Source: an uncultured bacterium
Lineage (GTDB): Bacteria > CAZDME01 > JAYEMH01
NCBI GenBank assembly: GCA_964506785.1
Contig: CAZDME010000009.1
Location: 1-32,593 of the forward strand
Reading direction: 5' to 3'
DNA length: 32,593 nucleotides
Part shown: one piece after another, positions 1 to 8,798 of the stretch
Numbering within the stretch: position 1 is the stretch's first letter
How the letters are laid out: each line of letters begins with the position of its first letter
Translations under genes and position numbers: made by a program
Notes under the pieces: generated by a model
Told to the model about the DNA's origin: nothing
What the model saw: only the letters and a program-made list of their open reading frames with translations
Database searches by the model: none

Positions 1-39
1 TAGAATGCGACATTTCTAATTTGGCTAAATACGACATTA

Positions 40-624
40 TCATTTTGGTATGACAGTGCGACTGCCGGGTTTTATTAAGGGCAGGTTCCTCTTACAAAGG
101 GGGCAATCAGGCGGGGTAAAGCTTTCAACCTCTAAAGAAAGAAGGGCCTTTAGGGGATAACCCAGGTTCATTCTTCCGCCGCTTCTATCTACCAAGGCGG
201 CAATGCCGACGATATCTGCCTGAAATTCCTCGGCAATACCAATCGTCTCTTTAACCGAGCCTCCGGTAGTAATGACATCTTCGACAATTAAAAGCTTCTG
301 CCCTTTTTTAATCCGGAAGCCCCGGCGTAAGGCCATCTTATCCTTAATTCTTTCAGTAAAAATCGCTTTGGTGCCGAAAGAAGAAGCTAATTCATAACCG
401 AGAATGATGCCGCCGGTAGCCAGGCCTAAAATAAGCTCAATCGATTCATCTTTAAATTTCTCTTTGAGTGCCAAAGCGAGCTTACCGGTAATATCGGGAG
501 ATTCTAAGATTCTAAATTTCTCAAAATAGGTGCCGCTATGCCGGCCGGAAGAAAGAAGAAAATGGCCTTTTAGAATAGCCTCGCTCTCTTCGAAAATCTT
601 AAGGATCTCTTTTTCAGTAAGCAT
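40..624 (-). CDS. pyrE: Orotate phosphoribosyltransferase
   Basis: GHFLLSSGRHS and PRPP-binding motif LLIVEDVITTGGS; last gene of pyr operon; overlaps pyrF end. Confidence 0.97.
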   Translation of the reverse strand: MLTEKEILKIFEESEAILKGHFLLSSGRHSGTYFEKFRILESPDITGKLALALKEKFKDESIELILGLATGGIILGYELASSFGTKAIFTERIKDKMALRRGFRIKKGQKLLIVEDVITTGGSVKETIGIAEEFQADIVGIAALVDRSGGRMNLGYPLKALLSLEVESFTPPDCPLCKRNLPLIKPGSRTVIPK

Positions 625-1348
625 CTTGAGCCCTTTCTAGTTCTAATAAAATCTCTTTGGCGGATTTCACCGGATCAACCGACTGAGTTATAGGACGACC
701 TACAACTAAAAAATCGGCTCCGGAGGCAATGGCTTCTTTGGGAGTAGTAATCCTTTTTTGGTCATCAAATGAAGCCTTTGAGGGACGAATGCCCGGGGTA
801 ACGACTAAAAAATCGCCGCCCAGTTTTTCTTTTATCGTTTTAGCCTCCCGGGCGGAGGCAACTACCCCGTCTAAACCGGCACGCTTACCCAGAGAAGCTA
901 GCTCTAAAACCAGGGAAGATAAATCCCTGTCTATACCCATTCTTTTTAAATCTTCGCCAACTAAACTGGTTAAAACGGTAACGCCAATAATTAAAGGAGG
1001 CTTCTTTCCCTGCTTTTTAGAAAACTCTCTAACCTTTTTAACCGTCTCTTTAATCATCGCCTCTCCACCGGCAAGATGAAGATTGAACATAAAAACGTTC
1101 TTCTTTAAAACACTAACGCCGGCTTGTGCGACACTTCGGGGGATATCGTGAAATTTTAAATCGAGAAAAACCTTTTTCTTTTTCTTGGCAAGCCAATCGA
1201 GAATCTCCGGGCCAACGGCAGTAAAAAGCTGGATACCGACTTTATAAATAGAAACCGAATCGCCTAATTGTCCAACTATTTTTTTGGCCGAGTCTAGGTT
1301 GTCTGTATCCAGGGCAACAATTAATCGGTCTCGAGGGGTAAATTTCAT
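614..1348 (-). CDS. pyrF: Orotidine-5'-phosphate decarboxylase
   Basis: LIVALD, VFLDLKFHDIP (DxKxxD), VTPGIRP, LVVGRPI motifs. Confidence 0.97.
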   Translation of the reverse strand: MKFTPRDRLIVALDTDNLDSAKKIVGQLGDSVSIYKVGIQLFTAVGPEILDWLAKKKKKVFLDLKFHDIPRSVAQAGVSVLKKNVFMFNLHLAGGEAMIKETVKKVREFSKKQGKKPPLIIGVTVLTSLVGEDLKRMGIDRDLSSLVLELASLGKRAGLDGVVASAREAKTIKEKLGGDFLVVTPGIRPSKASFDDQKRITTPKEAIASGADFLVVGRPITQSVDPVKSAKEILLELERAQDAY

Positions 1349-2268
1349 GGTTTTACATCCACTTTTAAGCTTCCAATAATCTCTTTAATACTTTTTAATT
1401 TATCTCTGGCAAGATATGTTTTTAAGCCTTCAATGATTTCTATCGAGGAACGGGGGTTAATAAAATTAGCCGTGCCCAGGGCAACCGCCCGGGCGCCGGC
1501 AATAAAGAATTCGAGGGCATCCTCTGTCTTCATAATGCCGCCGCCGCCTAAAATGGGAAGTTTGGTGTGTTTGGAAACTTGCCAGACCATCTGCAGGGCA
1601 AGCGGTCGAATGGCCGGGCCGGAAAGACCACCAGTAATATTGGCTAATTTAGGACGGCGTAAGTCAGGGTCAATGGCTAATCCTAAAAAAGTATTTACCA
1701 AAGATAAACCGTTAGCTCCGGCCTTTTCAGCAAGCCTGGCACACTCAACAATATCACTAACATTAGGCGATAACTTAACTAAAAGAGGCAGTCGGGTGAG
1801 TGAACGAATCTTACTTACCAAATATTTTAAAATCCGGGGATTGTTGCCAAAATGAATCCCGCCCTCTCTTACATTGGGACAGGAAAGATTTATCTCCAGG
1901 GCCGATATGCCTTTCTGCCGATTGAGAGAGCTGGCTAAACGCAAATATTCATTCTGGCTAAAACCGGCAATATTGACGATAATTGCCGTTTTAAATTGTC
2001 TTAAAAAAGGTAATTTCTCGCGGATAAAATGCTCCAGGCCCTGATTCTCCAAACCAATGGCATTGAGTAATCCGGCCGGGGTCTCGGCCAGACGCGGAGG
2101 AAGATTGCCCTGATGAGGCTTTTCGGTAATGGATTTGGTAATGATACCGCCCAGGCGATTAAGGTCGATAAGCTTTGAATAATCTTCACCATAACCAAAG
2201 GTTCCGGAAGAAACCAAAACCGGGTTTTTAAGCTTTATGCCGGCAAAGTTAATTGAGAGTTTGTCCAT
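1345..2268 (-). CDS. pyrD: Dihydroorotate dehydrogenase family 1B, catalytic subunit
   Basis: SSGTFG, LNAIGLEN, EINLSCPNV (catalytic Cys), VKLSPN, GGLSGPAI; adjacent to pyrK. Confidence 0.96.
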   Translation of the reverse strand: MDKLSINFAGIKLKNPVLVSSGTFGYGEDYSKLIDLNRLGGIITKSITEKPHQGNLPPRLAETPAGLLNAIGLENQGLEHFIREKLPFLRQFKTAIIVNIAGFSQNEYLRLASSLNRQKGISALEINLSCPNVREGGIHFGNNPRILKYLVSKIRSLTRLPLLVKLSPNVSDIVECARLAEKAGANGLSLVNTFLGLAIDPDLRRPKLANITGGLSGPAIRPLALQMVWQVSKHTKLPILGGGGIMKTEDALEFFIAGARAVALGTANFINPRSSIEIIEGLKTYLARDKLKSIKEIIGSLKVDVKP

Positions 2269-2271
2269 TTT

Positions 2272-3099
2272 TTAAAAAATAACCTCTCGAGCCCGGAAAA
2301 CCGGGCCGTCTTTGCAAACCAATTTATTTTCAAATGATTTTTTATCGCCCGATGAGGAACGGAAACGGACGGTGCAGCCCATACAGGCACCCAGGCCGCA
2401 GGCCATGTTTTCCTCCAGAGAAATTTGACAAGGGAAATTATATCTCCGACTTAAAAGGGCCATACTTTTTAACATTGCCCGGGGGCCGCAGGCAAAAACC
2501 ATCCCGGGATTTTTCAAGGCACCCTTAAGTTTTTTCTCGAATAGCAGGGTAATCAGCCCTTTTTCTCCAAAAGTGCCGTCGTCCGTAGCCATAAAGCAAT
2601 CTATGCCTAATCGGCGAATAGCCGGCCGGCCTAAAAGTAAATCTTTAGTCCGGGCGCCGAGAAAAAAAGCTAATTTGCCTTTTTTGTGATGTGTGACCAA
2701 TTTATCGGCCAAGCCTAAAAGCGGAGCGAGGCCGAGACCACCGGCGACTAAAATAATTTTTTTGTTTTTGGGAATACCAGCTAAATCAAAGCCGTTTCCC
2801 AAAGGGCCGATTAAATCCAAAATCTCGCCTGTTCTTTTTGCGCTTAAAATACGGGTGCCTTCACCTTTTATCTGATATAAAAGGGCAATGGCCGGAGGCC
2901 TGACTCGATGGAGACTGAAGGGACGGCGAAGAAGAGGTAAATCAGAATCAGATATTCTTAAGTGGACAAACTGGCCGGGTGAGATAGAGCCGGCAATAGC
3001 CGGGGCGTTTAATTTTAAAAGAAAAGAACCCGGGGCTACCTCTTGATGCGAGAGAATCCTAGCCTTTATTTGAACCATTTTTTGAGAAGAACGAGGCAT
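2272..3099 (-). CDS. pyrK: Dihydroorotate dehydrogenase B electron transfer subunit (FAD, 2Fe-2S)
   Basis: PGQFV, RRPFS, GPLGNGF, AGGLGLAP, CGP, MACGLGACMGC...VCKDGPVF; ATG overlaps the flavodoxin stop (TAATG); an alternative start is at the eighth codon. Confidence 0.95.
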   Translation of the reverse strand: MPRSSQKMVQIKARILSHQEVAPGSFLLKLNAPAIAGSISPGQFVHLRISDSDLPLLRRPFSLHRVRPPAIALLYQIKGEGTRILSAKRTGEILDLIGPLGNGFDLAGIPKNKKIILVAGGLGLAPLLGLADKLVTHHKKGKLAFFLGARTKDLLLGRPAIRRLGIDCFMATDDGTFGEKGLITLLFEKKLKGALKNPGMVFACGPRAMLKSMALLSRRYNFPCQISLEENMACGLGACMGCTVRFRSSSGDKKSFENKLVCKDGPVFRAREVIF

Positions 3100-3587
3100 T
3101 ACTCAATATCCTTAATTAAATCTTCAATCTTTGCTTCAATCTTTCGGGTATCGCCGATATCCTTTTGAGGATAAGTAAAAGTTTTTACCACTATTCCCCC
3201 TTTTTTCGAAAGAAGCCCTGTGGTCGTCTTTAAACATTTTTCTACACCCAGGCCGCTGCCAAAGGTGAAAAAAAGAATAATCTTTTTTCCGGCGAAAGTT
3301 GAGACTTTTTTAAGAAAAGAACGGATGGCCGGCGCCGGCTGAAAGGCCCAAACCGGGCTGCCCAGACAAATAAGCCGGTAAGGAGAAAGGTCAAAAGAAA
3401 CATCTTTTAATCTTATCTTTTGTTTGAAAAAAGCCTGCTTGGCCTGAAAAAAGAAACGCTTTTCTTCCTTGACCACCTCTAAAGGGATAAAATCGACTTC
3501 AAAGCGAAGGGATAATTTTTCCTTAAGCTTCTCGGCAATTTTTTTGGTGTTCCCGGTAAATGAATAGTAGATAACGGCGGCTTTCAT
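3099..3587 (-). CDS. Flavodoxin-family protein
   Basis: FMN phosphate loop YYSFTGNT, LGSPVW motif, FFTFGSG; 162 aa. Confidence 0.85.
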   Translation of the reverse strand: MKAAVIYYSFTGNTKKIAEKLKEKLSLRFEVDFIPLEVVKEEKRFFFQAKQAFFKQKIRLKDVSFDLSPYRLICLGSPVWAFQPAPAIRSFLKKVSTFAGKKIILFFTFGSGLGVEKCLKTTTGLLSKKGGIVVKTFTYPQKDIGDTRKIEAKIEDLIKDIE

Positions 3588-3604
3588 TTTTTTATTTCCT
3601 AAGA

Positions 3605-4921
3605 CTATGTGTTTTCATTCTGCAAAAAATTTACTTTTTCGGTATTACTGTATACTACTTTCCCCCCAACGATGGTTACCTCCACCTTCCCCTGAAGGGA
3701 CCAACCTTGAAAAGGAGAGCTTTTGCCTTTGGAGGCAAAATCTTCGACTCTAACGGTATATTCTTTATTCAGGTCGACAATGGTCAAATCGGCAACTTTA
3801 CCGACCTGAACCCTTCCTTTATCCAAACCCAAAATTTTTGCCGGATTCAAACTCATTTTAGCCGCTAAGGCAAGCGGACTGAATTTTTCCTCCTTGAGCA
3901 ATTTGCTCACCGCCAAGGATAAAGCTGTTTCTAACCCGACAATACCAAAAGGAGCAGAATCATAATCCAGCTCTTTTTCCGCCAGGGTGTGAGGGGCGTG
4001 GTCAGTGGCAATCACATCAATGGTGCCGTCTTTTAACCCTTTGATAATCGCTTGCCGGTCCTTCTCCGGACGCAAGGGAGGATTAATTTTAGAGGAGGTT
4101 TCAAAAGTTTCTACGGCTTTATCCGTCAAGCTGAAATAATGAGGGCAGGTCTCGGCAGTTACCTTAAGGCCCTTCTTTTTCGCCCGGCGGACTAATTCGA
4201 CACTTCCCGCCGTGCTTATATGAGCGAGGTGCAGACGACCGCCAGTATATTCAGCCAGCATTATATCCCGGGCAATGCCGATTTCCTCGGCAACAGAGGG
4301 AATTCCGGCCAATCCCAGGCGGGTGGAGACAAACCCCTCGTGCATCAGGCCGCCGTTAGAAAGATAGAGGTCTTCAGCATGGCTGATAATGGGCAGGTTA
4401 AACATCCGGGCATATTCCAGGGCACGGCGCATAAGTTCTGAATTCAATACCGGAGAGCCATCATCAGATAAAGCAACCACTCCGGCCTTTTTCAAATCAG
4501 CGATTTCACTTAAGGTCTCTCCCCGGCGCTCCCTGGTTATCGAACCGATGACATAAACATTAACCAATCCTTTTCGTTCAGCTTGATTGCGGATAAATTC
4601 GACTACCGAGCGGCTATCAACGGGCGGCCGGGTATTAGGCATGGCGACAATACCGGTAAAACCGCCCCGGGCAGCCGCTTTTGTTCCCGTCTCGATTGTT
4701 TCTTTCTCCTCTTCTCCCGGTTCTCTTAAATGAGTATGTAAATCGATTAATCCCGGAAAAACTATTTTTTTATCGGCATCAATAATCTTAAAACCGGAGG
4801 GAATCTTGGCGATTTTCCCAATTTTAGTAATCTTCCCTTTCTCAATAAGAATATCAACTCGAGAATCCAGGTTTGTCTCCGGGTCAATCACCCGCCCGGA
4901 TTTAATTAAAAGATTCATCAT
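3605..4921 (-). CDS. pyrC: Dihydroorotase (long, multifunctional-complex type)
   Basis: PGLIDLHTHLREPG, MPNT, HAED, HIST, ETCPHY, KINPPLR, ATDHAPH. Confidence 0.96.
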   Translation of the reverse strand: MMNLLIKSGRVIDPETNLDSRVDILIEKGKITKIGKIAKIPSGFKIIDADKKIVFPGLIDLHTHLREPGEEEKETIETGTKAAARGGFTGIVAMPNTRPPVDSRSVVEFIRNQAERKGLVNVYVIGSITRERRGETLSEIADLKKAGVVALSDDGSPVLNSELMRRALEYARMFNLPIISHAEDLYLSNGGLMHEGFVSTRLGLAGIPSVAEEIGIARDIMLAEYTGGRLHLAHISTAGSVELVRRAKKKGLKVTAETCPHYFSLTDKAVETFETSSKINPPLRPEKDRQAIIKGLKDGTIDVIATDHAPHTLAEKELDYDSAPFGIVGLETALSLAVSKLLKEEKFSPLALAAKMSLNPAKILGLDKGRVQVGKVADLTIVDLNKEYTVRVEDFASKGKSSPFQGWSLQGKVEVTIVGGKVVYSNTEKVNFLQNENT

Positions 4922-4937
4922 TTACCTTGTTTATCTC

Positions 4938-5001
4938 CGGGAGACGGCCAACGTAAGAAGAAAGAAGTAAATCTTCCGCTTCTGGTTTCCCATCTACCGT
5001 T
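4938..5001. repeat. Degenerate ~7-nt-period purine/pyrimidine inverted micro-array between pyrB and pyrC
   Basis: CGGGAGA-CGGCCAA-CGTAAGA-AGAAAGA-AGTAAAT followed by a pyrimidine-rich arm CTTCCGC-TTCTGGT-TTCCCAT-CTACCGT; the phase is imperfect. Confidence 0.35.
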
Positions 5002-5014
5002 TGCTAAAATTTCA

Positions 5015-5956
5015 CTATCTAACTTTCTTCAAATTAGTCCGCACCCCGGAGAGAATGTAAAGAATGGCCATGCGGATAGCCAAACCATTGGTTACCTGCT
5101 CCAGAATCACCGACCAGGGGCCGTCAGCTACCTCCGCATCCAATTCTATGCCGCGGTTAACCGGCCCGGGATGCATAATCAAACAGTCTTTTTTAAGCAA
5201 TTCCAACCTAAACCTATTAAGGCCAAAAAGCCGGACATATTCCCGGATAGAAGGGAAAAGACTCCTCTTCTCCCTTTCTTTTTGAATCCTTAAAAAATAA
5301 AGGATGTCGGCCTCTTTTATTACCTTCTCGAAATCATAGCTAATCTTAACCGGTAATTTCTCCACTTCACGGGGTAATAAAGTTGGCGGAGCGCAAAGAA
5401 TAACCTCGGCCCCCAGTTTAGTTAAGCCCCAAATATTGGACCGGGCGACCCGGCTGTGCAGAATATCACCAATTATGGCTACTTTCAAACCGGCAATCTT
5501 TCTTTTCTTTTCCCGAATGGTATAAAGGTCAAGCAAGGCCTGAGTGGGATGTTCATGGGCGCCGTCACCGGCGTTTATAATCGAAACATCGGTAAGGTTA
5601 GATAAAGAATAAGGAAAGCCGGATGAGGAATGCCGGATAACCATCATATCTACCTTAAAAGCCTCGATATTTCGAACGGTATCAAGGAGGGTCTCTCCCT
5701 TGACTAGCGAGCTGGATGAAGGAGAAAGGTTAATTAAATCAGCGCTGAGACGTTTGGCCGCCAGTTCAAAAGACATCCGGGTCCGGGTACTCGGTTCAAA
5801 AAATAAATTAGCGACGGTTTTCCCTCTTAAGGTCGGCACCTTCTTTATCGGGCGGGTGGAAATTTCTTTAAAAGAGCCGGCCGCATCTAAAATAAAGTTT
5901 ATTTCTTCCGGGTCCAATTCTTCCAGCCCGAGGAGATTTTTTCTTTTCCAAATCAT
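5015..5956 (-). CDS. pyrB: Aspartate carbamoyltransferase catalytic subunit
   Basis: [48 protein letters not shown]. Confidence 0.98.
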   Translation of the reverse strand: MIWKRKNLLGLEELDPEEINFILDAAGSFKEISTRPIKKVPTLRGKTVANLFFEPSTRTRMSFELAAKRLSADLINLSPSSSSLVKGETLLDTVRNIEAFKVDMMVIRHSSSGFPYSLSNLTDVSIINAGDGAHEHPTQALLDLYTIREKKRKIAGLKVAIIGDILHSRVARSNIWGLTKLGAEVILCAPPTLLPREVEKLPVKISYDFEKVIKEADILYFLRIQKEREKRSLFPSIREYVRLFGLNRFRLELLKKDCLIMHPGPVNRGIELDAEVADGPWSVILEQVTNGLAIRMAILYILSGVRTNLKKVR

Positions 5957-5958
5957 CT

Positions 5959-6510
5959 TTATATATCCTCTTTTTCCATAATTACCACTCTGTCTTCTCC
6001 GTCCACTTCTTTAAGACGGACCTCAACAATCTCCCGGGGAGCAGTAGGAATATTTTTGCCGACAAAATCAGCCCGGATCGGCAATTCCCGGTGGCCCCGG
6101 TCAATAAGAATGGCTAATTGAATTTCCCGGGGACGGCCGAAATCAACTAAAGCATCGAGGGCGGAGCGAATGGTCCGGCCGGTATAAAGGACGTCGTCAA
6201 CCAGGACTACCTTCTTCCCATTAATATCAAAAGGAATATCAGTCTTGTGAACTATCGGCTGGGAGGCAATAGCGGTTAAATCGTCCCGATAAAGGGTAAT
6301 ATCCAAAATCCCTAAAGGCAGGCGGCTCTTATCAATCTCGTTAATCTTTTTTACTATTCTCTCGGCAAGGAAAGCACCGCGGTTTCTAATGCCAATAATA
6401 GCCAGGTTAACACTACCTTTGTTTTTTTCCAAAATCTCGTGGGTGATTCTACTTAAAGTGCGGTTTAAAGCAGCGGCATCCATAACACCCGCTTTTTCCT
6501 TCCGGGCCAT
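5959..6510 (-). CDS. pyrR: Bifunctional pyr operon RNA-binding regulator / uracil PRTase
   Basis: [52 protein letters not shown] upstream. Confidence 0.98.
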   Translation of the reverse strand: MARKEKAGVMDAAALNRTLSRITHEILEKNKGSVNLAIIGIRNRGAFLAERIVKKINEIDKSRLPLGILDITLYRDDLTAIASQPIVHKTDIPFDINGKKVVLVDDVLYTGRTIRSALDALVDFGRPREIQLAILIDRGHRELPIRADFVGKNIPTAPREIVEVRLKEVDGEDRVVIMEKEDI

Positions 6511-6523
6511 ATTTTCCTCCTAA

Positions 6524-6664
6524 TTGGCTCATGGCTCATAACTCATGGCGAGTAGCTCAATTTAATTGTGTACTGAGTGATATGTTATGCGCACTGTTAA
6601 AGAAGGTAAAAATAAATATTGTGACTAAGAGCTATGAACAAAGAGCTAAGAGCCAAAAGAGCTC
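6524..6664. repeat. 7-nt-period inverted micro-array in the pyrR 5' leader
   Basis: Left arm GCTC/ACTC at 6527, 6534, 6541, 6555 (GGCTCAT units); right arm GAGC/GAAC at 6629, 6636, 6643, 6650 (plus 6659); AT-rich spacer of about 65 nt. Confidence 0.8.
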
Positions 6665-6676
6665 CTGGTTCATATC

Positions 6677-6760
6677 TCATATAAAAAAATAAAAAAAAAC
6701 GCCCACCCGGATAAATCCAAGCAGGCTATGATTTTTTGACAAGAAACTCGCTTTTCTCAT
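6677..6760 (-). CDS. Putative pyr leader peptide, 27 aa (MRKASFLSKNHSLLGFIRVGVFFYFFI)
   Basis: AAAGGGGA-tata-ATG at 6772-6758; open frame runs through the terminator hairpin and U-tract to TGA at 6679-6677; below the ORF-track size cutoff. Confidence 0.55.
   Translation of the reverse strand: MRKASFLSKNHSLLGFIRVGVFFYFFI
6683..6726 (-). terminator. Intrinsic terminator (attenuator) in pyr leader
   Basis: RNA GCCUGCUUGGA-UUUA-UCCGGGUGGGC (11 bp including G-U pairs) followed by G-U9-A-U7. Confidence 0.85.
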
Positions 6761-6767
6761 TATATCC

Positions 6768-6800
6768 CCTTTGTTAGCTTCACCGAGCTAACTTAAAAGG
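6768..6800 (-). promoter_or_regulatory. PyrR-binding RNA hairpin
   Basis: CCUUU-UAA-GUUAGCU-CGGUGA-AGCUAAC-AAAGG: CNGNGA hexaloop, UUUAA motif and CCUUU/AAAGG lower stem as in PyrR binding loops; lies upstream of pyrR. Confidence 0.88.
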
Positions 6801-6817
6801 TTTTAAAAGTTTGACAA

Positions 6818-6846
6818 ACTATACCATAAGATTTAAGCCCTGTCAA
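6818..6846 (-). promoter_or_regulatory. Sigma70-type promoter of pyr operon
   Basis: TTGACA (6846-6841), 17 nt, TATAGT (6823-6818) with TGn extended -10. Confidence 0.85.
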
Positions 6847-6849
6847 GAA

Positions 6850-8793
6850 TTATTTCAAAGGACTTCCTTCAAGACGCTTAATCTCCGCCCTTTCTTTATC
6901 CCTTAAATCCAACTCATCTAACTCAGCATAAATTTCCTCCAACCGGTAATGAGGAAAAAGTTCATTTTCACGTTTTAAGGAGGTTTTAAACTCAGCTATA
7001 GCCTCTTTAAACCTGCCTAAATCCCGGTAAAGGCAGCCTAAATTATAGTGAATCCGGGCATAGTCCGGGAACATTTTTTCTAAAGCCTGATATATCTTTA
7101 AAGACCTCTGATATTCACCGATAGCCCGGTAGCAATACCCCAATTTATAATAAGCGGGAAAAGAATAGGGATTGATTTTTTTTGCCTCTGAAAACTTTAT
7201 AATCGCCTGGTGAATATCCCCCTTTTCTAAGGCCTTTATCCCTTTTTTTAAAGCAACATCAGCCTGATAGGGCTTTAAAATCTTGAACGATAAAGGAAGA
7301 AATAAGACAACGGCTAAAGCGTAAAGCAAACCTTTTTTAACCGGCTTAAAAACGGGGAAAAACCTGTTTCTGAAAGTAATAAATCCTCTCCAGGAAGCCG
7401 GGACGGAGATTTCGGGATCGGATGCAATTATCCTTTTTACGGACACTGTCAGAGCGACCATTAACCAGAAAAAAACAGCAATTGCCGTCCAACGCAAAGA
7501 AGGAGAAAGCTGGCTATGCAATAAAATCCCGGCAGCCCCTAAAGTAAATGCCAAGGGATATTTTTTCCAGGCAATCGGGGCTTCCCGCCAGAGCTTTATA
7601 CCCAGGGATAAAAAAGCAAAAATTATCCAAAGAAACAAACCTAAACCCAGAAAACCCATCTCTATTGCTATTTCTAAAAATTCATTATGGGCATGGAAAA
7701 CAAGCGGGACAGGGATAATTCGAAGAGACTCAGCCGTCCGATATTGGGGGAAATAAATATGAAAAGCGCCAACCCCCCGGCCGGTAAAAGGGAAAGCCTT
7801 AATCATCTGCCAACCGCTCATCCAGAGATTTTCTCTTATAGCCATTGAAATATTGCCCGGAAAAAGAAATTTTTCTACGGAAGTAGAACTCTCTTTGGGC
7901 TCCTCAGCAAAAGAGGAATCTTCTTCTTTTAAAAACTTTTTGATATCTAAAGTCTTGATTTGCAAACGGTCTTTTCTTAAAACCTCCCTTAAAGCCTGGG
8001 AGTAAATCGTTACTGAATATAATCCGCCGACAAGCAAAAAAGGCAAAAGGGCTGAGATAAAACTTTTTACAAATTTTTTCTTGCGCCAAAAGTTCACAAC
8101 GCTACCGATATATAAAACCGCTAAATAGAAAATCAGAACCAGCCAGGCTCCCTGGCTGCGGGTCAAAAGCAAGGTTATTGCCAGCAGCATAGAAAGAAAA
8201 AACAGGGCTGCCTTCTCAAATTTAAAGTGAGAATAAAGAAAAAGAGAGAAGCTTAACGGAATGACAGCCAGGAGATAGCTGGCAAAAAAATTAGGATTGC
8301 CGAAGAAATGGAAGTAAACGGGGACGTTCCAGAAATCGAGCCTTAAGAAGGTGATACTTTTATAGAGGCTGAAAAGGCAGATTGCTCCGGCGGTAATTAG
8401 AATGCCCTGCGCAAGGAAACGAATCTCCCTTCTTTTTTTAATATTTTCGGCAACTAAAACAAAAAACAGAAAATAGCCGAGAATGGAAAGAAAAACTTGA
8501 AAGCTGGCGTATTTATATGCAGAAAAACAAGCAGAAAGGAAAGCGTAAAGAAGGAATAAACCAAAGGGGAGAATAATGGGATTCCCTGGGATTTTGATAA
8601 ATTCAGACCGGATAACCTTTAAAAGCCAGACAAATAAAAGAAAGCTCAAAGAAAGCTTGAAAAAAACCGTCTTAATTAAAACCAGATGAAACGACCGCCC
8701 GCTAAAAAGGAAAGGTAAGGCAGTTACAACAAAAAACAGCCCCCAGAAAATGATTTTCCTATAGGCTTCTAAATTCCTGCCATTCGCCGTCAT
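6850..8793 (-). CDS. O-antigen ligase-like (Wzy_C) polytopic membrane protein with C-terminal TPRs; candidate pilin O-oligosaccharyltransferase
   Basis: Many hydrophobic segments; FGNPNFFASYL, LTRSQGAW, R..LW...WQMIKAFPFTGRGVGAF, HAHNEFLEIAIEMG motifs; TPR-like repeats (AYYKLGYCY, IHYNLGCLY). Confidence 0.8.
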   Translation of the reverse strand: MTANGRNLEAYRKIIFWGLFFVVTALPFLFSGRSFHLVLIKTVFFKLSLSFLLFVWLLKVIRSEFIKIPGNPIILPFGLFLLYAFLSACFSAYKYASFQVFLSILGYFLFFVLVAENIKKRREIRFLAQGILITAGAICLFSLYKSITFLRLDFWNVPVYFHFFGNPNFFASYLLAVIPLSFSLFLYSHFKFEKAALFFLSMLLAITLLLTRSQGAWLVLIFYLAVLYIGSVVNFWRKKKFVKSFISALLPFLLVGGLYSVTIYSQALREVLRKDRLQIKTLDIKKFLKEEDSSFAEEPKESSTSVEKFLFPGNISMAIRENLWMSGWQMIKAFPFTGRGVGAFHIYFPQYRTAESLRIIPVPLVFHAHNEFLEIAIEMGFLGLGLFLWIIFAFLSLGIKLWREAPIAWKKYPLAFTLGAAGILLHSQLSPSLRWTAIAVFFWLMVALTVSVKRIIASDPEISVPASWRGFITFRNRFFPVFKPVKKGLLYALAVVLFLPLSFKILKPYQADVALKKGIKALEKGDIHQAIIKFSEAKKINPYSFPAYYKLGYCYRAIGEYQRSLKIYQALEKMFPDYARIHYNLGCLYRDLGRFKEAIAEFKTSLKRENELFPHYRLEEIYAELDELDLRDKERAEIKRLEGSPLK

Positions 8794-8798
8794 GAAAT

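Noticed and set aside
6597-6680. Second 27-codon ORF (MRYEPGALLALSSLFIALSHNIYFYLL) overlapping the leader ORF stop via ATGA
   Set aside because: Largely encoded by the heptamer arm, has no SD, and an ORF this short is expected by chance; would need Ribo-seq
6811-6840. Plus-strand TTGACA at 6811
   Set aside because: No -10 at a suitable spacing and no plus-strand gene downstream
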